Below are positions 60,431 through 64,000 of a stretch of DNA of 64,000 nt, piece by piece (the first letter of the stretch is position 1; every line of letters starts with the position of its first letter). The translations under genes and the position numbers were made by a program. Source of the DNA: an uncultured Bifidobacterium sp. (GTDB lineage: Bacteria; Verrucomicrobiota; Verrucomicrobiia; Limisphaerales; JADLHS01); the NCBI GenBank assembly GCA_964553795.1, contig CAZKMR010000010.1, forward strand, positions 267-64,266, in the 5' to 3' direction. Under the pieces are notes generated by a model. The model saw only the letters and a program-made list of their open reading frames with translations. It did not search any database and had not been told where the DNA came from.

Positions 60431-62749
60431 ATGCAGGCGGCAAAACAAGTTTCGGGAGGCGCTTCCCAACTGACCTACGTCGTCTTGACCGGCAATCCCA
60501 ATTGCGGCAAGACGACTTTGTTTAATTCCCTTACCGGGTTGCGCGCCAAGGTCGGCAATTACGCCGGCGTTACCGTCGAACGCAAGGAAGGCAAACTCAC
60601 CGGCGTGGAAGGTGGCGAAAAAATCCGCGTTCTGGATTTACCCGGCACTTACAGTCTCAGTCCCAATTCGCTCGATGAACAGGTTTCGCGCGACGTCTTG
60701 CTCGGGCGTTTGCCGGAAATCCCGGCGCCGGGCGCCATCGTGGTGGTAGTGGATGCCTCGAACCTGCAACGTAATCTTTATTACGCCACGCAAGTCATCG
60801 AACTTGGTCACCCGACGATTCTCGCGTTGAACATGGTGGACGTGGCCGAAGGCATCGGGCACACGGTGGATGCAACCAAGCTTTCCGAGCAACTTGGCGT
60901 ACCGGTCGTGCCGATTGTGGCGAGCACCGGCTTCGGCATCAAAGCATTGCGGTCGGAAATCTTGATCGCGCTGGAGCAAAAAAAGAAAATCGAGCCGCGG
61001 CTGTTTTGTCAGTTGCCGGGCTTGTTTCGCATTGAAGCCACGGCGCTGGCGGACTTGCTCGCGCAGACGTATCACGAACGCCGGTTGCAGGCGACGGCGG
61101 AAGCGTTGTTGATTCTGAGCAACGAAAAAGCCTTGGCGTCGTCTTCCTCGCACTATCCGGCGGCGATTCAGGATGCCGTCGCAGCGGCGCGCAAACGACT
61201 CGACGCCGCAGGCGTGGACTGGCGCGGCGCACCAATTGAATGGCGCTACGCGCGCGTCGCCGAGATTCAGCAGGCGGTTACGACGGAACTGGAACCGCCG
61301 GGAGAAACCTTCAGTGACCGCCTGGACCGGGTGGTCACCCACAAGATTTGGGGGACGCTGATTTTCATCGTCGTCATGGCGACGATTTTCCAAAGCATTT
61401 TCACGTTTGCCGAGTATCCGATGACGTGGCTGGAAAGCGGCGTCACCTGGGCCGGTGACAATGTCGGCGCCCTGATTCCGCCGGGCGATTTGCATGATTT
61501 GCTGGTCAACGGTGTGATTGCCGGCGTGGGCGCCGTGGTGGTGTTTCTGCCGCAGATCCTGATGCTCTTTCTGTTCATCGGTCTGTTGGAAGACACGGGC
61601 TACATGGCGCGGGCGGCGTTTTTGATGGACCGCCTGATGAGCAAGGTGGGGTTGCACGGCAAAAGTTTCATTCCCATGCTCAGCTCGTTTGCGTGCGCCA
61701 TCCCGGGCATCATGGCGACGCGCACGATTGAAAGCCCGAAGGATCGACTGGTCACCATTCTCGTGGCGCCACTGATGAGTTGTTCGGCGCGGTTGCCGGT
61801 GTACACGCTGCTGATCGGTGCGTGTATTCCCGATCGCGTGTTGGGGAATCTGAACTACCAACTCAATCTGGGCTTCACCGAGTTCAATGTGTTCGGATTT
61901 CTCGGCCTGCGCGGGCTCACGATGCTGGCGATGTATTTGCTGGGGATTGTGGTGGCGCTGTTGATGGCGTGGGTGTTCAAGAAAACCTTGCTCAAAGGCG
62001 AAACGCCGATGCTCATCATGGAATTGCCGCCTTACAAAAGGCCGTTATTCCGCGTCGTGCTGCGGCACATCTGGGATCGCTCGAAATTATTTCTCACGCG
62101 AGCGGGCACGGTCATTCTGGGCATCAGCATCATTCTGTGGTTTCTGGCGACGTATCCGAAGAGCAGTCAGTTGGACGCGGAGTTCGAGGCGCGGCGCAGT
62201 GAGATTACGAATTCCTTCAACGCCGTCAGCTTGAACACTGGCACTGGCCAGGCTTCCAATCAATTGGCCAGCTTGCAGGAACAGATAGAGGCGGTGGACA
62301 AAGAGGAAGCCGGGGAAAAACTACGCCGCAGCATCGCCGGCAAACTGGGCCGCGCCATCGAGCCGGTGATTGCGCCGCTGGGATTCGATTGGAAAATCGG
62401 CATTGGCATCGTGGCGTCGTTCGCGGCCCGCGAGGTATTCGTGAGCACCATGTCCACCGTTTATAATGTCGGCGAGTTTGCCGATTCCGACGAAGGGATG
62501 GTGACGCTGGAAGAAACGTTGCGGCAGCAGCAACGCGACGATGGTTCGGCGGTCTATACGACGCTGACGGGGATCACGTTGATGGTGTTTTACGTTTTCG
62601 CGATGCAATGTGTCAGCACGGTGGCGGTGGTGCGGCGGGAGACGGCTTCCTGGAAATGGCCATTCTTTCAGTGGCTCTACATGGGCGTGCTCGCCTGGGT
62701 GCTTGCATTCATCACGTATCAAGGAGGCAAAGCATTGGGCTGGGGATGA
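60431..62749 (+). CDS. feoB: Ferrous iron transporter FeoB
   Basis: 772 aa. N-terminal G-domain LTGNPNCGKTTLFNSLTG, DLPGTYSL, NMVD. Polytopic C-terminal gate-motif region. I see no feoA-sized ORF upstream. Confidence 0.9.
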   Translation: MQAAKQVSGGASQLTYVVLTGNPNCGKTTLFNSLTGLRAKVGNYAGVTVERKEGKLTGVEGGEKIRVLDLPGTYSLSPNSLDEQVSRDVLLGRLPEIPAPGAIVVVVDASNLQRNLYYATQVIELGHPTILALNMVDVAEGIGHTVDATKLSEQLGVPVVPIVASTGFGIKALRSEILIALEQKKKIEPRLFCQLPGLFRIEATALADLLAQTYHERRLQATAEALLILSNEKALASSSSHYPAAIQDAVAAARKRLDAAGVDWRGAPIEWRYARVAEIQQAVTTELEPPGETFSDRLDRVVTHKIWGTLIFIVVMATIFQSIFTFAEYPMTWLESGVTWAGDNVGALIPPGDLHDLLVNGVIAGVGAVVVFLPQILMLFLFIGLLEDTGYMARAAFLMDRLMSKVGLHGKSFIPMLSSFACAIPGIMATRTIESPKDRLVTILVAPLMSCSARLPVYTLLIGACIPDRVLGNLNYQLNLGFTEFNVFGFLGLRGLTMLAMYLLGIVVALLMAWVFKKTLLKGETPMLIMELPPYKRPLFRVVLRHIWDRSKLFLTRAGTVILGISIILWFLATYPKSSQLDAEFEARRSEITNSFNAVSLNTGTGQASNQLASLQEQIEAVDKEEAGEKLRRSIAGKLGRAIEPVIAPLGFDWKIGIGIVASFAAREVFVSTMSTVYNVGEFADSDEGMVTLEETLRQQQRDDGSAVYTTLTGITLMVFYVFAMQCVSTVAVVRRETASWKWPFFQWLYMGVLAWVLAFITYQGGKALGWG

Positions 62750-62867
62750 GGTTGCCGGACGCAAGTTTACGATGAACTGAGCCGGCGTGGATTTCGAGTT
62801 TCGCCCGCGAGGACGTTTCGGTAAGCTTCCGGCGTGGCGCTTAACAGCCTCGACTTCCTCCAGCACG

Positions 62868-64000
62868 ATGCAGACTGAAACCGGTTCGGACGAAAACGCT
62901 CCGCCGGCGAGCGATTCTGCGGCTGTCTCCCAACCGCAAGCGACCCCGGGTGCCACGCGCCTGACCGCGATGGCCTTGGCGGCGCTGGGGGTGGTTTACG
63001 GCGACATTGGCACCAGCCCGCTCTACGCGTTGCGCAGTTGTTTCTCGTTGCATGGCGGCGTTGTGGCCACGCAGGAGAATGTAATCGGGCTGCTGTCGTT
63101 GATCTTCTGGTCGCTGATCCTGGTTGTCTCGGTCAAGTATCTCGCTCTGGTGATGCGGGCGGACAACCGCGGTGAAGGCGGCATTCTGTCGTTGCTCGCG
63201 TTGGCGGTGCCCGTGAAGGCGCAAATCTCGCCCCGGCGGCGCATCTGGTTCTTCGCCACGTTAGGAGTTTGCGGCGCGGCCTTTCTGTACGGTGAGGGCT
63301 TAATCACCCCGGCCATTTCGGTTTTGAGCGCCGTGGAGGGATTGGAGGTCGCCACGCCGGCGCTGAAATCCTACGTGATTCCGGTGACCATCGCATTGTT
63401 GGTGGGGCTTTTCAGTTTACAGCGCATCGGCACGGGCAACGTCGGCAGTATTTTCGGCTGGGTGATGTTGGTGTGGTTCAGCACGCTGGCCGTTCTGGGC
63501 TTGATGCATATCTGGAAATCGCCCGAGGTCTTCCGCGCCATCAATCCCTACTACGGCTGGCAGTTTCTGGCCAGCAATGGACTGAATGGTTTTCATCAAT
63601 TGGGCGCGGTGTTTTTGGTTTTAACGGGGGTGGAAGCGCTTTATGCGGACATGGGGCATTTCGGTAAGAAACCGATTCGCGCCGCGTGGTTCAGTTTCGT
63701 TTTGCCGGCGCTGTTCTTAAATTATCTGGGGCAGGGCGCTTTGGTGTTAAGCAACCCGGCGGCGGCGACGAATCCATTCTTCCGCATGGCGCCCGAGTGG
63801 GCGTTGTATCCCCTGGTTTTTCTGGCCAGCAGCGCGGCGATTATCGCGTCGCAAGCCCTCATCTCCGGCGCGTTTTCTTTGACCATGCAAGCCATGCATC
63901 TCGGTTACCTGCCGCGCTTGTCCATTGAACACACTTCATCAGCGACGCGCGGTCAGATTTATATGCCTTGGATCAACTGGGGACTGATGTTTGGATGCAT
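62868..64000 (+). CDS. kup: Kup/HAK/KT-family potassium transporter (3' end beyond the right window edge)
   Basis: Absent from the track because it is open to the edge. My translation from the ATG at 62868: [10 protein letters not shown]...[25 protein letters not shown]...[16 protein letters not shown]...[18 protein letters not shown]...[14 protein letters not shown], all canonical Kup blocks. Confidence 0.85.
   Translation, partial: MQTETGSDENAPPASDSAAVSQPQATPGATRLTAMALAALGVVYGDIGTSPLYALRSCFSLHGGVVATQENVIGLLSLIFWSLILVVSVKYLALVMRADNRGEGGILSLLALAVPVKAQISPRRRIWFFATLGVCGAAFLYGEGLITPAISVLSAVEGLEVATPALKSYVIPVTIALLVGLFSLQRIGTGNVGSIFGWVMLVWFSTLAVLGLMHIWKSPEVFRAINPYYGWQFLASNGLNGFHQLGAVFLVLTGVEALYADMGHFGKKPIRAAWFSFVLPALFLNYLGQGALVLSNPAAATNPFFRMAPEWALYPLVFLASSAAIIASQALISGAFSLTMQAMHLGYLPRLSIEHTSSATRGQIYMPWINWGLMFGC

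Noticed and set aside
1-64000. Looked for tRNA/rRNA genes, CRISPR arrays, transposases, integrases, phage genes, toxin-antitoxin pairs and known defence-system genes
   Set aside because: I found none. There are no evenly spaced direct repeats with unique spacers, no tRNA-like T-arm motifs in the intergenic gaps, and no ORF with recombinase, nuclease or reverse-transcriptase motifs.

Overview
GC-rich (roughly 58-60% by eye) bacterial chromosomal segment. The intergenic repeat families, the FYRV-type protein C-termini and the dcw layout suggest a Verrucomicrobiota/PVC-type genome, but this is inference only. I saw no rRNA, tRNA, CRISPR array, transposase or integrase. Contents from left to right: (1) A membrane-tethered ECF sigma factor, cut by the left edge, then a transglutaminase-like protein, an alpha/beta hydrolase and RlmI. 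(2) A ~15-kb tightly packed accessory cluster (4969-19885). It encodes an acyl-AMP/CoA ligase, an ACP, two paralogous 423-aa condensation-like (HxxxD) proteins, an FAD oxidoreductase, a PaaK/F390-synthetase-like adenylating enzyme, a GT2-DUF2062 fusion, two head-to-head flavin-halogenase-type genes (WxWxIP motif) and a 1276-aa MMPL-exporter/PlsC-acyltransferase/SAM-methyltransferase triple fusion. It has no ketosynthase, and every gap in it holds a palindromic repeat. This is my best candidate for an undescribed system, most likely synthesis and export of a halogenated or decorated acyl-lipid. (3) A TonB-dependent receptor, a YfiR-like DUF4154 protein and a CHASE8-type hybrid histidine kinase. 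(4) queA and a ribD-C-like reductase on the minus strand. (5) A dcw division/cell-wall cluster: mraZ, orf, rsmH, ftsL, ftsI, orf66, SIMPL, murF, mraY, a 470-bp gap, LysM, ftsW, murG, murB, ddl, ftsQ, ftsA, ftsZ. It lacks murE, murD and murC, carries extra genes, and ends in an FtsZ with degenerate GTP-binding motifs followed by an unknown 585-aa helical protein. (6) A DUF465 protein, a REC-PAS-PP2C phosphatase, miaB, two fasciclin-domain proteins and a ~1.1-kb gene-poor structured spacer. Then a GH-like-10 (YddW-type) protein, an operon of a large secreted Asn/Thr-rich protein plus an S8 peptidase, feoB, and kup cut by the right edge. Many long ORFs in the track are antisense or alternative-frame shadows typical of high-GC DNA, and I rejected them.
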